This document shows positions 51,438 through 62,419 of a stretch of DNA of 64,000 bases, piece by piece (within the stretch, counting starts at the first letter, position 1; each line of letters starts with the position of its first letter). The DNA is from an uncultured Planctomycetaceae bacterium. Lineage in GTDB: Bacteria; Planctomycetota; Planctomycetia; Isosphaerales; Isosphaeraceae. The DNA is taken from positions 4,448,001 to 4,512,000 of the forward strand of contig CAWIAD010000002.1 of NCBI GenBank assembly GCA_963833985.1. Direction: 5' to 3'. The position numbers and the translations under genes are program-made. The notes beneath the pieces were generated by a model, which did not search any database, was not told where the DNA came from, and was given only the letters and a program-made list of their open reading frames with translations.

Positions 51438-52117
51438 CTATTTAACGCGTCCTTCACCGCGCTTCGCGCTCGGGCCCAGGTGCTTCCAGATCTCGGCAAG
51501 CGGCTGGAAGCTCGCCACGAAGGGGCAGTCGCCCACCCAGTCTCCGCGCTCGCGGCGGTGGCCCACGGCGATCACCGGGATGCCGGCTGCCCGCGCCGCG
51601 TGCAGGCCGCTCGGGGAATCCTCGACGGCAATGGCATCCGCGGGCTTGAGCTTGAGCCGTTCGAGCGCCAGCAGATAGGCCTCGGGGTCCGGCTTCACGG
51701 CCTGAACGTCATCCTTGCCGACGATCAGCTCGAACGCGTCCCGCAGGTTCGATGCGGTCAGGACGGCCTCGACGTTCTCGCGCCAGGTGCCCGAGACGAC
51801 GGCCAGGCGCACGCGGCCGTGAACCTTGCGGACCAGCTCCGGGACTCCCGGATAGACCCGGGCGCATCCCGGAGCATCTGGATCGCCAGGGCCTGCTTCT
51901 TCTGCACCCAGCCTTCGATCTCGCCCCCCTCGATCTGCTGGTCGGCGAACAGGTCCCGGAGAAACAGGCGATCGTCGACCTCGGCGGCGCGGGCCGCGAC
52001 CTCGTCGGGAACTTGCCAGCCCAGCGCGGCCAGCGTGCGTTGCCAGGCCGCGACGTGATGGTTCTCGGTGTCGGCAATCACTCCGTCAAAGTCCAGCAGG
52101 AGAGCGCGGAAAGCCAT
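51438..52117 (-). CDS. HAD-superfamily phosphatase, frameshifted near 51860
   Basis: [12 protein letters not shown] motif I; KPDPEAY and EDSPSG motifs in ORF 51438-51812. Confidence 0.85.
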
Positions 52118-52197
52118 GAGTGTTCTACTGGCAGCGGAAAGACAGGAAATCATTGACGGGTTGCATTATCAACGTTTCCGGCTGCACCGTCAAATCA

Positions 52198-52226
52198 TTG
52201 ACAACGCTCGGGTTGCGCCCTATGTT
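52198..52226 (+). promoter_or_regulatory. sigma70 promoter of the sugar isomerase gene
   Basis: TTGACA-17 nt-TATGTT. Confidence 0.6.
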
Positions 52227-52382
52227 GCCTGTTCTGGACGGCGTCCGTCGGAAACGGTCCTCAGGGACATCGGTTTCCCGCCGGCAAGCGAGGGACGGGA
52301 CGGGACGAGATGCGAACACGTCCGCCCACAGAGCCGCGGCGCGACGATCCAGTGGATTCCAAGACACCAGGGAGAACGCAGC

Positions 52383-53396
52383 ATGTCGCGTCCCGTGACA
52401 CTCTTCACCGGCCAGTGGGCCGATCTACCGCTCGAGACGATCTGTGAGAAGGCCAGCAAGTGGGGCTACGAGGGCATCGAGCTGCCCTGCTGGGGCGACC
52501 ACTTCAACGTCCAGCAGGCGCTCGGCGATGAGCACTACTGCAAGGGACGCCACGAGCTGCTGGGCAAGTACGGGCTGAAGGTCTGGGCAATCTCCAACCA
52601 CCTGGTCGGGCAGGCGGTCTGCGACCTGATCGACGAGCGGCACAAGGTGATCCTGCCCGAGCACGTCTGGGGCGACGGCAAGCCGGAAGCCGTTCGCCAG
52701 CGTGCCGCCAGGGAGATGATGGATACGGCCAGGGCCGCACAGAAGCTGGGCGTGCCGGTCGTGAACGGCTTCACCGGCTCCTCGATCTGGCACCTGCTGT
52801 ACTCCTTCCCACCGGTCTCCGACGCCATGATCGCGGCTGGCTTCAAGGACCTGGCCGACCGCTGGAACCCGATCCTCGACGTCTTCAAGCAGACGGGCGT
52901 CAAGTTCGCCCTGGAAGTTCACCCCACCGAGATCGCCTTCGACATCTTCTCGGCCGAGACGGCGCTCGAGGCACTCTCGCACCGGCCCGAGTTCGGCTTC
53001 AACTTCGACCCCAGCCACCTGCTCTGGCAGTTCGTGGACCCGGTCGAGTTCCTCCGCGCCTTCCCGGACCGCATCTATCACATGCACGTCAAGGACGCGG
53101 CCCGGACCCTCACCGGCAAGAGCGGCATCCTCGGCTCGCACCTCAATTTCGGCGATCCCCGCCGGGGCTGGGACTTCCGCTCGCCCGGCCGTGGCCAGGT
53201 GGATTTCGACGCGATCGCCCGCGCCCTCAACGAGATTGGCTACACCGGCCCGATGTCCGTGGAATGGGAAGACCCCGGCATGGACCGCGAGTACGGCGCC
53301 GCCGAGGCCGCCCGCTTCGTCAAGGAGCGTATGGGCTTCAAGTCCCCCGGCCGCCTCTTCGACCAGGCATTCGCTGAAGGACAGGCCAAGAAGTAA
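52383..53396 (+). CDS. Sugar phosphate isomerase/epimerase (AP endonuclease 2 TIM barrel)
   Basis: [38 protein letters not shown]. Confidence 0.92.
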   Translation: MSRPVTLFTGQWADLPLETICEKASKWGYEGIELPCWGDHFNVQQALGDEHYCKGRHELLGKYGLKVWAISNHLVGQAVCDLIDERHKVILPEHVWGDGKPEAVRQRAAREMMDTARAAQKLGVPVVNGFTGSSIWHLLYSFPPVSDAMIAAGFKDLADRWNPILDVFKQTGVKFALEVHPTEIAFDIFSAETALEALSHRPEFGFNFDPSHLLWQFVDPVEFLRAFPDRIYHMHVKDAARTLTGKSGILGSHLNFGDPRRGWDFRSPGRGQVDFDAIARALNEIGYTGPMSVEWEDPGMDREYGAAEAARFVKERMGFKSPGRLFDQAFAEGQAKK

Positions 53397-53700
53397 CCAC
53401 GAGCCGGCTCATCCCATCCAGGGTCATTCAGGAAGGGATTAGATCATCGGATCGCTCGTCTCCCTGCCGGCAGTGTTGCTGCTCGGCAGGATGCGAGCTC
53501 CTGAACCTTGCATCGGATGCCCTGCGCCGACCATGCGTCGCAAGCCGAGCGGAAGGGATTTGTTCATGTTAAACGCCATCGTGCGCTGCTATGGTTTACC
53601 GAGGATCGAGATGAGAAGACCTGAATGACGATGGCATATCCAGCGAGGACGGGAATCCTCATCCAGGATGATGCGTGCTACAATCGGCATCGGAAGCGCA

Positions 53701-53876
53701 GGGCTGAGAGCCCTGCCTGGCCGCTCTCCTGGCGAGGTACGATTCCAATCGTGCCTCCCATTTTCGTGGGGTACGATTCCAATCGTGCCTCCCATTCTCG
53801 TGGGGTACGATTCCAATCGTGCCATTCCTGGTCCATCAGATAGAAAAAGTGACACGATCCGAATCGTGGCCCACAG
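53701..53876. repeat. GTGG-type REP cluster, copy 2 (direct repeat of 47904-48107)
   Basis: Same leader, 3x GGTACGATTCCAATCGTG at 34-nt spacing, same CCTGGTCCATCAGAT tail. Confidence 0.85.
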
Positions 53877-54130
53877 AGAGAGCCCTCCCGTCCATCCAGG
53901 ATCGCATCAACCTGCTGAATGCCTGCCAAAGAACGATTGCGAACCTGCTTGGCGGTACCCAGTTTCAAGCGGTTCCGCCGGGCATTCAAGGGAATACGCC
54001 GGGAGCCATTCAGGTCATTTTCCATGACCTCGCCACCAGCTTGGATCGCTCCGCACGAGCAGATGATGTTGTGCGAATCATGTCGATATTCCCGCGTTGA
54101 AGGTTCAGAGCCGACAGGAGTGTTCCTAGA

Positions 54131-54349
54131 ATGAGTGGTCCCATCGTGCGCCGCTACGGCTTTCCCAACTTCGAGCAGATCTTCGGCAAGCGTCCGCTCG
54201 AGCATGGCGTGGACGAGCATGACGCCGAGCCCGGCACGCCCGGGGCGGAGCGCGCGGATCGCACAGATTCCTCGCCCCTGTCCGCGTCGTCGGCATCCGG
54301 ACCGGCGGCGCAGCCGGCGGAGGCGCGGCCGCTCGAAGAAAAGGGCTAG
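54131..54349 (+). CDS. Small hypothetical protein (72 aa)
   Basis: AGGAG RBS; MSGPIVRRYGFPNFEQIFGKR; stop overlaps the convergent nuclease gene. Confidence 0.6.
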   Translation: MSGPIVRRYGFPNFEQIFGKRPLEHGVDEHDAEPGTPGAERADRTDSSPLSASSASGPAAQPAEARPLEEKG

Positions 54350-55305
54350 GTCCCGGCCCCGGGCGCAAGGCACTCGTTGAGGACCTCCGAGAGCCGGATG
54401 CCTGCCTGCGACAGGCGCTTCACCGCCAGGGGCAGATTCGCGTCCTGGTAATCACGGCCGATCCGCATACCGGAAGTGAGCGTGTCCTTCGACCCGGGGA
54501 TGCGATAAGCCTGGCGCGCCCCTTGCAGGCTCTCGTTCACCCAGTCCTCCATCGTCCCGTTCGTCCACTGCTGCGCTTCGGGCCTGCGGGCCAGCCTGAG
54601 CAACTCGTCCAGCAAGTGGCGCTCGTCTCGGTAGCCGTTGCGCAGCAGCCCGGAATCCCAGACCTGGTGCAGGTTGGTGTAGTCATCGCGGAAGAACTCG
54701 AGCTGGAGGCCGTTGCCTCCGCGGTCGCGGCGGTCGCCCACGTGCATCGGCTGGTGTGCGTCCTCGAGCAGATGAACCACGTACCGCAGCGCCATCGCCC
54801 GCCTCCGCCGTGGGGCGTGCGGGTCTGCAAGGACCTTGCGGAACTCCTCGAAGCGCGAGACGACGCAGTTGCCATGGCAGTCGCGCGGGGTGTAACTGGC
54901 GGCGGTGATCGGCACGTTGACGTAGTGCCAGGCTGCGCTGCCGGGAATGTTGCGGCTGTTTTCGTCGGCCCAGGTGGAAGCGTCCGCGAGCGATTCGCCG
55001 GGGTCCAGCAGCTCGCGGATGAGCACACGCGCACGGGGCGTCAGCCGCATCTCGGCAAGCCGGGTGGACGCCCGGTGCGCCATGCGGCCCCATGCCTGCG
55101 CGGGCCCCGCGGCCGCCAGGGTGATCAGCGTCGCGGCAAGCAGCGACAGCGCGGGAAGTGCCGTGCGCAGGGGTGGGGCCGCGGAGGGAGCAGGGGACTG
55201 CCGGCCCGTCATCTCACCGCACGTGGCTGGCAATGCGTCGCCGCCGGCCCGGAGCATGGTTGTCATCGCCGATCTCACCTGGAAGCATGAAGAGGAACGC
55301 ATCAC
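54346..55305 (-). CDS. S1/P1 nuclease (secreted; start uncertain)
   Basis: AQA-WGRMAH, TWADE, WHYVN, HLLEDAHQPMH, NLHQVWD zinc ligands. Confidence 0.92.
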   Translation of the reverse strand: MMRSSSCFQVRSAMTTMLRAGGDALPATCGEMTGRQSPAPSAAPPLRTALPALSLLAATLITLAAAGPAQAWGRMAHRASTRLAEMRLTPRARVLIRELLDPGESLADASTWADENSRNIPGSAAWHYVNVPITAASYTPRDCHGNCVVSRFEEFRKVLADPHAPRRRRAMALRYVVHLLEDAHQPMHVGDRRDRGGNGLQLEFFRDDYTNLHQVWDSGLLRNGYRDERHLLDELLRLARRPEAQQWTNGTMEDWVNESLQGARQAYRIPGSKDTLTSGMRIGRDYQDANLPLAVKRLSQAGIRLSEVLNECLAPGAGT

Positions 55306-55470
55306 CCGTGGCGGCGACCTGCGCCGGGTTTGCTGCCGCGGCCCGCCGGTTCGCAGTGACCGCTTCCTGTCACGGTCGCGTCCGCATCAGCATAGACGCA
55401 AGCCCAGAGGATTTGCTAGTGTGAGCCGCGAGGCATTCCGCTTGCAGAGCTACACGAAGGACAGCAGACG

Positions 55471-57700
55471 ATGGCCCTTGTTGATCCCTATTCCACTTGT
55501 CCCTGCGGCAGCGGCAAGAAGTACAAATGGTGCTGCCAGAAGGCTGAGGCTTACGCCGACCGGGGCCAGCGGCTGGAGGAGAACGGCCAGCACGAGGCCG
55601 CTCTGGCGGTGTACAACGAGGGGCTCGCCAAGATACCGGGCAACGCCTGGCTGCTGCTGAGGAAGGCGATTCTGCTGGTTGAGATGTCCGAGCTCGAGGA
55701 GGCCAGGCGCTGCGTCATGGCCGTCGCGGCTGCTCAGCCCGGGAACGGGAACGCGGCGATCTTGCTGATCCAGCTCGCGATCCAGATCGACGGCCCGGTG
55801 CACGCGGCCGCCGAGCTGCAACGCGCCCTGCTGAACGCCGCTCCGGAAGCACGGCGGTCCTTCTCCCGGCTCATGGGCATGGTGGCAAGCGAACTGGCGG
55901 GACATCACGAGATGACTGCCGGCCTGAAGCATCTCGAGCTCGCCGTCCAGCTTGACGACGCGGAACATCCCGTTTCCAGGCAAGCCCTCGCATCGTTGCG
56001 CCGCAACGCGGCCATCGTTCCCTGGCTGAAGCAGCCGTACGACCTGGAGGAGACGCCCGCAGGGCTCCCCCCCGCTGCCCAGCAGCAGTTCGGTCAAGCC
56101 CTCGGCTGGGCGCGCGAAGGGCTCTGGGATTCGGCGGCCGCGGCCTTCGACCTGATGTCCTCTGACCGGCAGGCCGGCCAGGCAGCCACCTATAATCTGG
56201 GCCTCTGCCGGCTCTGGCTGGGTGAGAGCGACGCGGCGGTCTCCGCTCTGCGGCGCTGGATCGCACGCGAGGGCCGCACCACCAAGGCCGTGGATATGGA
56301 AACCCTCTGCCAGTTGATCGACAGCTCACCCGACCCGGATCCCATCGAGCGCGTACAGCTCTCCTGGCCCTTGCGCAATCGCGCCGGTTTGCAGGCGACC
56401 CTGACCTCCGAGCCCACGATGGTGCAATCCGGAGAGCGGCACCTCGACCCCGAGGACGAAAACTCGCCCGAGGTGACGGCCTACTCCTGGCTCGACCGTT
56501 CGCCGGTGAGGGCTCGTGCCGATCTGACGCCGCGCGAGGTCCCCGTGGTCCTGGCCGACGTGCTGCTGGCCGCCGACACGGTCGTGCTGGAAGCCTTTGA
56601 CGATGGCCGGTTGAACAGCCTGATCGACCGATTCGCCGCGCTGGCCGGCAGGTCCGTGCCCCCGGCTCAGCCGCGCACCAAGGTGATCGGCACGCTCGAT
56701 CGCCTGTCGCACGCGATGAGCTGGCACTGGTATCTTCCCCCCGAGCTCCCGGACCCGGAAAAAGAGCGGATCACCCGCGAACGGCGCGCCAGCCTGATCT
56801 CCACGGTCTGGCCCGAGACCCCGCAGCTGGTCCTCCGGGGCCGAACCCCGGCGCAGGCGGCCCGCGCGGCAGACAGCGAGGTTCCCCTCCGTGCCGCACT
56901 GATGCTCCTGGAATACAACGACGAGCCCCATGCCGGCGATGTGGACTGGAACGCGCTGCGGGAGCGGCTGGGCGTCCCACCCGAACCGGCCATCGATCCG
57001 CAGACCGCCGACGTCGCCAGCGTGCCGCTCGCCCGGCTCGCGTTTCTGCCGGTGCCGCAACTCAGCGACGACCGCCTGGTGCAGCTCTATCTTCGTGCCC
57101 GCGAATGGGGGATCACGTCGGCGGTTCGCAGGGCGGCGCACGAGCTGGTCGGCAGGCCGGTACTCGACACGCTCGGCGATGGCGACCGCCGATCGGTCTA
57201 CCTCTGCCTCTGCTTCGAATCGGTCGACCAGCACGACCGTGCGCAGGCACTGCGGTGGCTGCACGACGGCCAGGCCAAGCTTGGCACCGCGAGCGAAGAA
57301 GACAAGGTGTTCTGGGAGTCTCTGGAGATCCAGGCCAAGGCGCACCTGGACCACCCCGAAAGCTGGGTGCCCGAGCTGGCGGCCCTGCTCCAGCGCCTGC
57401 GCGGGCAAGCAGCGCTGTTTTTCGGTGCTCATGACCCGGATGATCGAGATGGGGCTGGTGCAACCGGTCGAATCACCGGAGCGGCCCGGCGAGATCGCCC
57501 TCGACACCCGGATGCTACAGCAGGTCCTGGAGCATTACGGGCCCAGGATCACGACCTCGTCCGGAGAGATGGGCGTTGCCGCGCGCCAGAGCGGGATCTG
57601 GACGCCCCAGTCCACGGCGCAGCCAGGGGGGATCTGGACCCCGGGATCAGCTCAGAGAGCCGACGAGACGAGCGGCAAGCGGATCATCGTGACCGGTTGA
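55471..57700 (+). CDS. SEC-C motif + TPR protein, frameshifted near 57410-57420
   Basis: CPCGSGKKYKWCC; TPRs; C-terminus (IWTPQS..IWTPGS..KRIIVTG) in ORF 56930-57700. Confidence 0.8.
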
Positions 57701-57750
57701 GCCATGGGCCCGACGCGGCCGGTTCGTCCATCCAGGGAGACCCATCTCGA

Positions 57751-59504
57751 ATGACCGCTGCCACATCACGCGACGCGACTCTCTCGCTCGTGCACGAGGG
57801 GTGGAATCACCTGATGTCTCAGCGTCCGCTGGCCGCCTGGGGAACCTGGCAGCGCGCACTCCGCCTGGATCGGTCCACGGCCGCTGCCCGCATGGCCATC
57901 GAGACGCTCGAGGGCGCCGCCGACCTGCCGATGGCCGCCCGCAAGGTGTACCGCTTCCGCAAGCCGGCAACCGATGCGCGAAAACGCGCTGGGACCGCAC
58001 GCTGGGCAGCCTCGAGGCCGCCGAGCTAGGCGCCACCGCCGATGCCTTCGGCCGGCTTGCGACCGAGGATGCGGACGATGCCGACGCCTGGTTCAACCGC
58101 GCCCTCTGCCTGGCCTGGAACGGCAACAACCGCGAGGCGATCAACTGCCTGGACCAGGTCGTGCGGCTCGAGGCCGACCTCGCCCTGAAGAAGGCCGTGG
58201 AAGCCTGGGCCCTTGCCGAGATCCTCCGCCAGGCCGGCGGCGCCGAGCACCTCTCCGATGACCTTCGCTACGCCTGCACCTTCGCCTGGAGCCACGATCG
58301 CACGGCCGGTCTGCGGGCCGCGTTTCCCGAGATCCGCCAGATTCCCGCCCCGCGTGATCCCACGCGTCCGGAAGATTCGCCGGGAGACCTCGAGGTCCTG
58401 GAGTGGCTGGACCGTGCCTTTCCCGTTGCGGAGACAGTCCGCGGCGAGAGCGACCTGCCGCGCGTACTGGCGACGGTCTACCTCTCCGCCGGAACCATCC
58501 GGCTCTCCAGTCCGCGCGTCGAGACGCTGGAGATTGCCGAGGAGAAGCTGAGGCGCATGCTGGGGCCCGATGCACGGCCTCAGCAGCGCGTTGCCGCACC
58601 CCTGCCCCTGCCCTTCCTCGACGCCGACGTCTGGACCGCGCGCATGCCGGAAGGGCTCGACCACGAGCTCGCTCACCGCCTCATCCGCGAGACCTGCGAG
58701 GTCTACTACGAGAACGAGTGGATTCACCGCCCGCGCCAGGGGCTGGACGGACTCTCACCGCTGGCCGCGTCGCAGGAGGCTCGCAGTGGCGATGCCGTCA
58801 TTGCGGCCAAGCTGGAAGCCGTGATCGAGCTCCGAGAGCAACTGGGCAGCCGGGGCAGCTCGCTCTCCATGTACCAGGGATATCCCTTTGACCGGCTCAG
58901 GCGCCGGCTCGGTCTGGACCTGGTTCATCCCGCGACCGTCGACCCGGACGATTTCTCGTGCGCCAGCGCCGCGGAGCTGAGCGACCAGGTCGCCGGCGAG
59001 CTCGACGACGCCCGGCTCATCGAGACGTTCCGGTCCGCGGCCGGATTGCGCGACGACGCGCTCACGGCGCGCTTCGCCACCGAGCTCACGAAGCGTGAAA
59101 CGGGCCTGCTCGGCCACATCGATCTGACGACGCTCTATGCTCCGCTGGTCCGGCATTCGATGAAGGGAAGCCATGCGGGGGAGGCCCTGGCCTACCTGGA
59201 ACAGGCACGCGCTCTGGGCAGCGCGACGAGCCGTCCCACCTTCGACACCTGGCGCGCCGAGATCTACACCCGCACGGGCCGTCCCGACCTCGCGGCGTCG
59301 ATCTACGAGACGCTCGTCCTCGACTCAGTCTCCGCCCCGCAGGTGGCGCTCGACGCGGCCGAGACGTTCCTGGACAACGGCCACCTGGCAGAGGCCAGGG
59401 CGTTTCTCGATCGCGCACGCGAACTCGCCCGGGACAGCCATGTTCCCTGGGTGGAGAGCCTGGCCCAGCACCATCTTCACAAGCTCAACGGCACGCAGCT
59501 CTGA
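57751..59504 (+). CDS. TPR protein, frameshifted near 57985
   Basis: GGGAG RBS, ATG 57751; DADAWFNRALCLAW TPR; YYENEWIHRPRQGLDGLSP. Confidence 0.75.
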
Positions 59505-59577
59505 AATGGACCTTACAGCCCAATACCGTTGAAATATTGAAATAGCGATAAGTTAAGTGCAGGCAGAGGTTTGTCCC

Positions 59578-59606
59578 TCGTTCCCACGCTCCGCGTGGGA
59601 ATGCCG
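59578..59606. repeat. REP-like palindrome CTCGTTCCCACGCTCCGCGTGGGAATG
   Basis: TTCCCACGC-TCC-GCGTGGGAA hairpin; inverted partner GTTCCCACGCAGGGCGTGGGTAC at ~61334. Confidence 0.75.
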
Positions 59607-59694
59607 TCTGCGATGCTCCGCGTCGATTGCGCCCGTGCTGCGGTGGGGCAATCCGTGGGACGCAGAGAGGCTGTGATTTTTTCGGAGATCCCCA

Positions 59695-59723
59695 TTGTAC
59701 TGAAAATGTGATCATGATATAAT
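59695..59723 (+). promoter_or_regulatory. sigma70 promoter of the IS1182 transposase
   Basis: TTGTAC-17 nt-TATAAT with extended TGn. Confidence 0.7.
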
Positions 59724-59786
59724 TCAGAACAGCGATGGCCCTCCGTCCTGCTGGCGTTTGCACCCACTCATCCCCGCGAGGCTCCC

Positions 59787-61148
59787 GTGACAATCCTCCC
59801 CCTGCTGCCGGACAACCTCCCCGAGCCCACCCCCGAGCAGGCCGCCAACACGCCCGGTCGGGGCAAACCCAGGCTTCGGGTCCCGCACCGCGATCAGGTT
59901 GAATTCACCTGGACCTCGCTCGACGATCGCCTCGATCCCGACTCTCAGGCCCGCGTCGTCTGGACCATGGTCTGCCGCCTGGACCACGACGCCTGGCTCG
60001 CCGACATCAAGGCCGTCGAGGGCCACGTCGGCCGCGACGCCACCGACCCCCGGTTGCTGGTCGCGCTCTGGGTGTTCGCCACCCTCAAGGGGGTCGGCAG
60101 TGCGCGCGAGCTGGAACGCCTCTGCAAGAACCACCTCGCCTACCAGTGGCTCTGCGGTGGCGTCTCGGTGAACTACCACATGCTCGCCGACTTCCGCTCC
60201 CAGGGAGGCGAGAAGTGGGACGAAATGCTCACCCAGATCGTCGCCACGCTCATGGACGAAGGCTTGGTCACCATGGAGCGGGTGGCCCAGGATGGCATGC
60301 GGGTGCGGGCCGACGCCGGTAAAAGTTCCTTCCGCAGTGGGGAGCGGCTCAAGGAGTTGCTGGCCGAGTCCGAAGCACAGGTCCAGGCGCTCAAAGAACT
60401 GGCTGAAACCAACCCTGACGAACTGTCGAAACGGCAGCGGGCCGCCTGCGCGCGTGCTGCGGCAGAGCGTCAAGCGCGGATCGAGGAGGCGGCACGCCAT
60501 TGCGAGGAGTTGCGGCAGAAGAAAGAGAAAAGAAACAAGGGGAGAAAAGAGAAATCGTCCGAGGCGCGCGCGTCGACCACCGATCCGGAGGCGCGGAACA
60601 TCAACTTCAGCGACGGCGGCTATCGCCCCGCGTTCAACGTGCAGTTCGCCACCGACACGGCGACAGGCATCGTGGTGGGGGTGGACGTGACCAACGCCGG
60701 CACCGACAGCGAGGAAATGCCGCCGATGCTCGATCAACTGGAGACGCGTTACAACGACGTGCCGGATGAGATGCTTGTCGATGGTGGGTTTGCATCTTTG
60801 GACGCGATTGATGCGGTCGAGGAGCGTGGCTGCAAGGTGTATGCACCGATCAAGGACCAGGAGAAGCAGAAGGAGGCGGGCAAAGACCCGTACGCCCGCA
60901 AGCCGCACGACACGGACAACACTGCGGCGTGGCGGGAGCGGATGGGCACGGAGGCGGCGCAGTTGATCTACAAGCTGCGGGCCCAGACGGCGGAGTGGGT
61001 TAACGCGATGTGCCGTAATAGAGGGCTTTGGCGGATGCCGGTGCGTGGCCGGACAAAATGTCGGATCGTGGCGACGCTGTACGCGATCACGCATAATCTG
61101 ATGCACCAGGGGAACGTGCGCACGGCGGTCGCGGAGGGGCAGGGATGA
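59787..61148 (+). CDS. IS1182 family transposase
   Basis: SARELERLC..AYQWLCGG..NYHMLADFR, QDGMRVRA, STTDPEAR, FNVQ, LVDGGF, YKLRAQTAE. Confidence 0.93.
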   Translation: MTILPLLPDNLPEPTPEQAANTPGRGKPRLRVPHRDQVEFTWTSLDDRLDPDSQARVVWTMVCRLDHDAWLADIKAVEGHVGRDATDPRLLVALWVFATLKGVGSARELERLCKNHLAYQWLCGGVSVNYHMLADFRSQGGEKWDEMLTQIVATLMDEGLVTMERVAQDGMRVRADAGKSSFRSGERLKELLAESEAQVQALKELAETNPDELSKRQRAACARAAAERQARIEEAARHCEELRQKKEKRNKGRKEKSSEARASTTDPEARNINFSDGGYRPAFNVQFATDTATGIVVGVDVTNAGTDSEEMPPMLDQLETRYNDVPDEMLVDGGFASLDAIDAVEERGCKVYAPIKDQEKQKEAGKDPYARKPHDTDNTAAWRERMGTEAAQLIYKLRAQTAEWVNAMCRNRGLWRMPVRGRTKCRIVATLYAITHNLMHQGNVRTAVAEGQG

Positions 61149-61474
61149 GGTAAAAAGGGGTAGAAAACAGGCAGCGGAGGGCATTTTCGAGCCTCGATAG
61201 CGGAGAGAACACCCACAGGTGACGTGATCGCAGGGGAACTACCGCGACCCCGACCCCTGATCAATCGACGCACGCCGATGGGAAAACCCGCCGTGCGGTC
61301 GAAAACTCACAGTCTCAGAGCGTCCCGACCGGTGTTCCCACGCAGGGCGTGGGTACAAGTCTGTCGCAAGCCGCTTGCCCCGTTTCGTTAACGCTATTTC
61401 AACGGTATTGGCCTTACAGCCGGCCTCGCCGCGGATTCCATCCACCGCGAACGCTCGACGAAGGGAGCGATTTC

Positions 61475-62068
61475 TCACTTCGGCTCCTCGTCCTTGCCGG
61501 CATCCGGAAGCCTCGCGGGGACGACGCTGAAGGCCACGGTCTGGACGGCGGGCGGACCGGGCTCGTTCTGATCGTGCAGGATGATGTCGAACTCGTACTC
61601 GCCGGGGGGAAGGCCCTTGAGCGACACGCTGTTACGCAGGTATCTCGGCCCCAGGGGGCTCGGCTCCCGGGGCTCGTAATCCAGCAGTTTCTGCTTGCGC
61701 AACAGCACGGCCTTCTGCCCCTTGCGGCGGATCTGCCCATCCTGGGTCAGATGCAGGGAATACTGCCCGTCCTTCAAGACCATCTTGTAGCCCAGCGGGC
61801 GGTAGTAGACGAGCAGCTTCTCGTCGGCGGTCTGGGCCGGCGGGACGAGCGGCTCGTACTGCTCGTAGCCGTCGATCGAGCGGCAGACCACCGCCTTGGT
61901 CATGTGCAATGACGTCGGGCTTGCAGCATTCTCCGGGTCCTGACCGGTTGCCCGGCCGCGCACTGCGCGGGCGATTCCTGCACCCCGGTTCGAACCGGTT
62001 CCTGGACAGTCCCGGCTCCGCAGCAAACCAGCAGCAGTCCGATCCGGAAGACTGGGTGCATGAACCAA
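61475..62068 (-). CDS. Hypothetical (probably secreted) protein; N-terminus possibly frameshifted
   Basis: Globular region VCRSIDGYEQYEPL..LPPGEYEFDI; a signal-like MHPVFRIGLLLVCC lies in another frame from 62061. Confidence 0.65.
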   Translation of the reverse strand: MVHAPSLPDRTAAGLLRSRDCPGTGSNRGAGIARAVRGRATGQDPENAASPTSLHMTKAVVCRSIDGYEQYEPLVPPAQTADEKLLVYYRPLGYKMVLKDGQYSLHLTQDGQIRRKGQKAVLLRKQKLLDYEPREPSPLGPRYLRNSVSLKGLPPGEYEFDIILHDQNEPGPPAVQTVAFSVVPARLPDAGKDEEPK

Positions 62069-62122
62069 GGCCTTCGTTCAGAGTGAGACGCGCATCCGGC
62101 CTTCTGCAACGTAACCGCTCGG

Positions 62123-62419
62123 CTAGCCGCCGGCAATAGCTCCGATCACCAGGAACGGCTCAGCGCCGGAGGCAACGGGCTCCGGCAGCGGGGCGTCCGG
62201 CAGTTCGTGAGACAGATCGAGCCCGCAGGCGAAGAACCGAAGAAACGGTCGGCGCCGGCCTGTCACATGGTCGCGGATCGCCCCGCGCAGCACCGGGTAG
62301 CGCGTCTCGAGCGCCTCCAGGACCGTGTGCTGCGTGGGCGGATCCTGGAGATCGAGCCGGACTTCCCCGTCCACGCGGGCCAGCACGCGCAGGTGGGTCG
62401 GAAGGACGACACGGATCAT
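62123..62419 (-). CDS. MoaD/ThiS family ubiquitin-like protein
   Basis: 98 aa ending GAIAGG; ATGA overlap with the BNR gene. Confidence 0.88.
   Translation of the reverse strand: MIRVVLPTHLRVLARVDGEVRLDLQDPPTQHTVLEALETRYPVLRGAIRDHVTGRRRPFLRFFACGLDLSHELPDAPLPEPVASGAEPFLVIGAIAGG

Larger units (their letters stand above)
59667..61316 (+). mobile_element. IS1182-family insertion sequence (~1650 bp)
   Basis: Imperfect TIR GAGGCTGTGATTTTT / AAAACTCACAGTCTC; TSD AGA (or CAGAG if the ends are 1 nt inward). Confidence 0.88.
59520..61411. mobile_element. MITE (~240 bp when empty) carrying REP-like hairpins, interrupted by an IS1182
   Basis: 17-bp TIR CCAATACCGTTGAAATA at both ends; 9-bp TSD CCTTACAGC at 59511-59519 and 61412-61420. 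Confidence 0.8.

Noticed and set aside
53730..53825. Mini-CRISPR from GGTACGATTCCAATCGTG repeats
   Set aside because: Spacers are short (~12-16 nt) and nearly identical; consistent with tandem REP units.
62123..62419. MoaD as part of FDH cofactor biosynthesis
   Set aside because: It lies 35 kb from fdnG, is coupled to a BNR gene, and no moa/moe genes are nearby.
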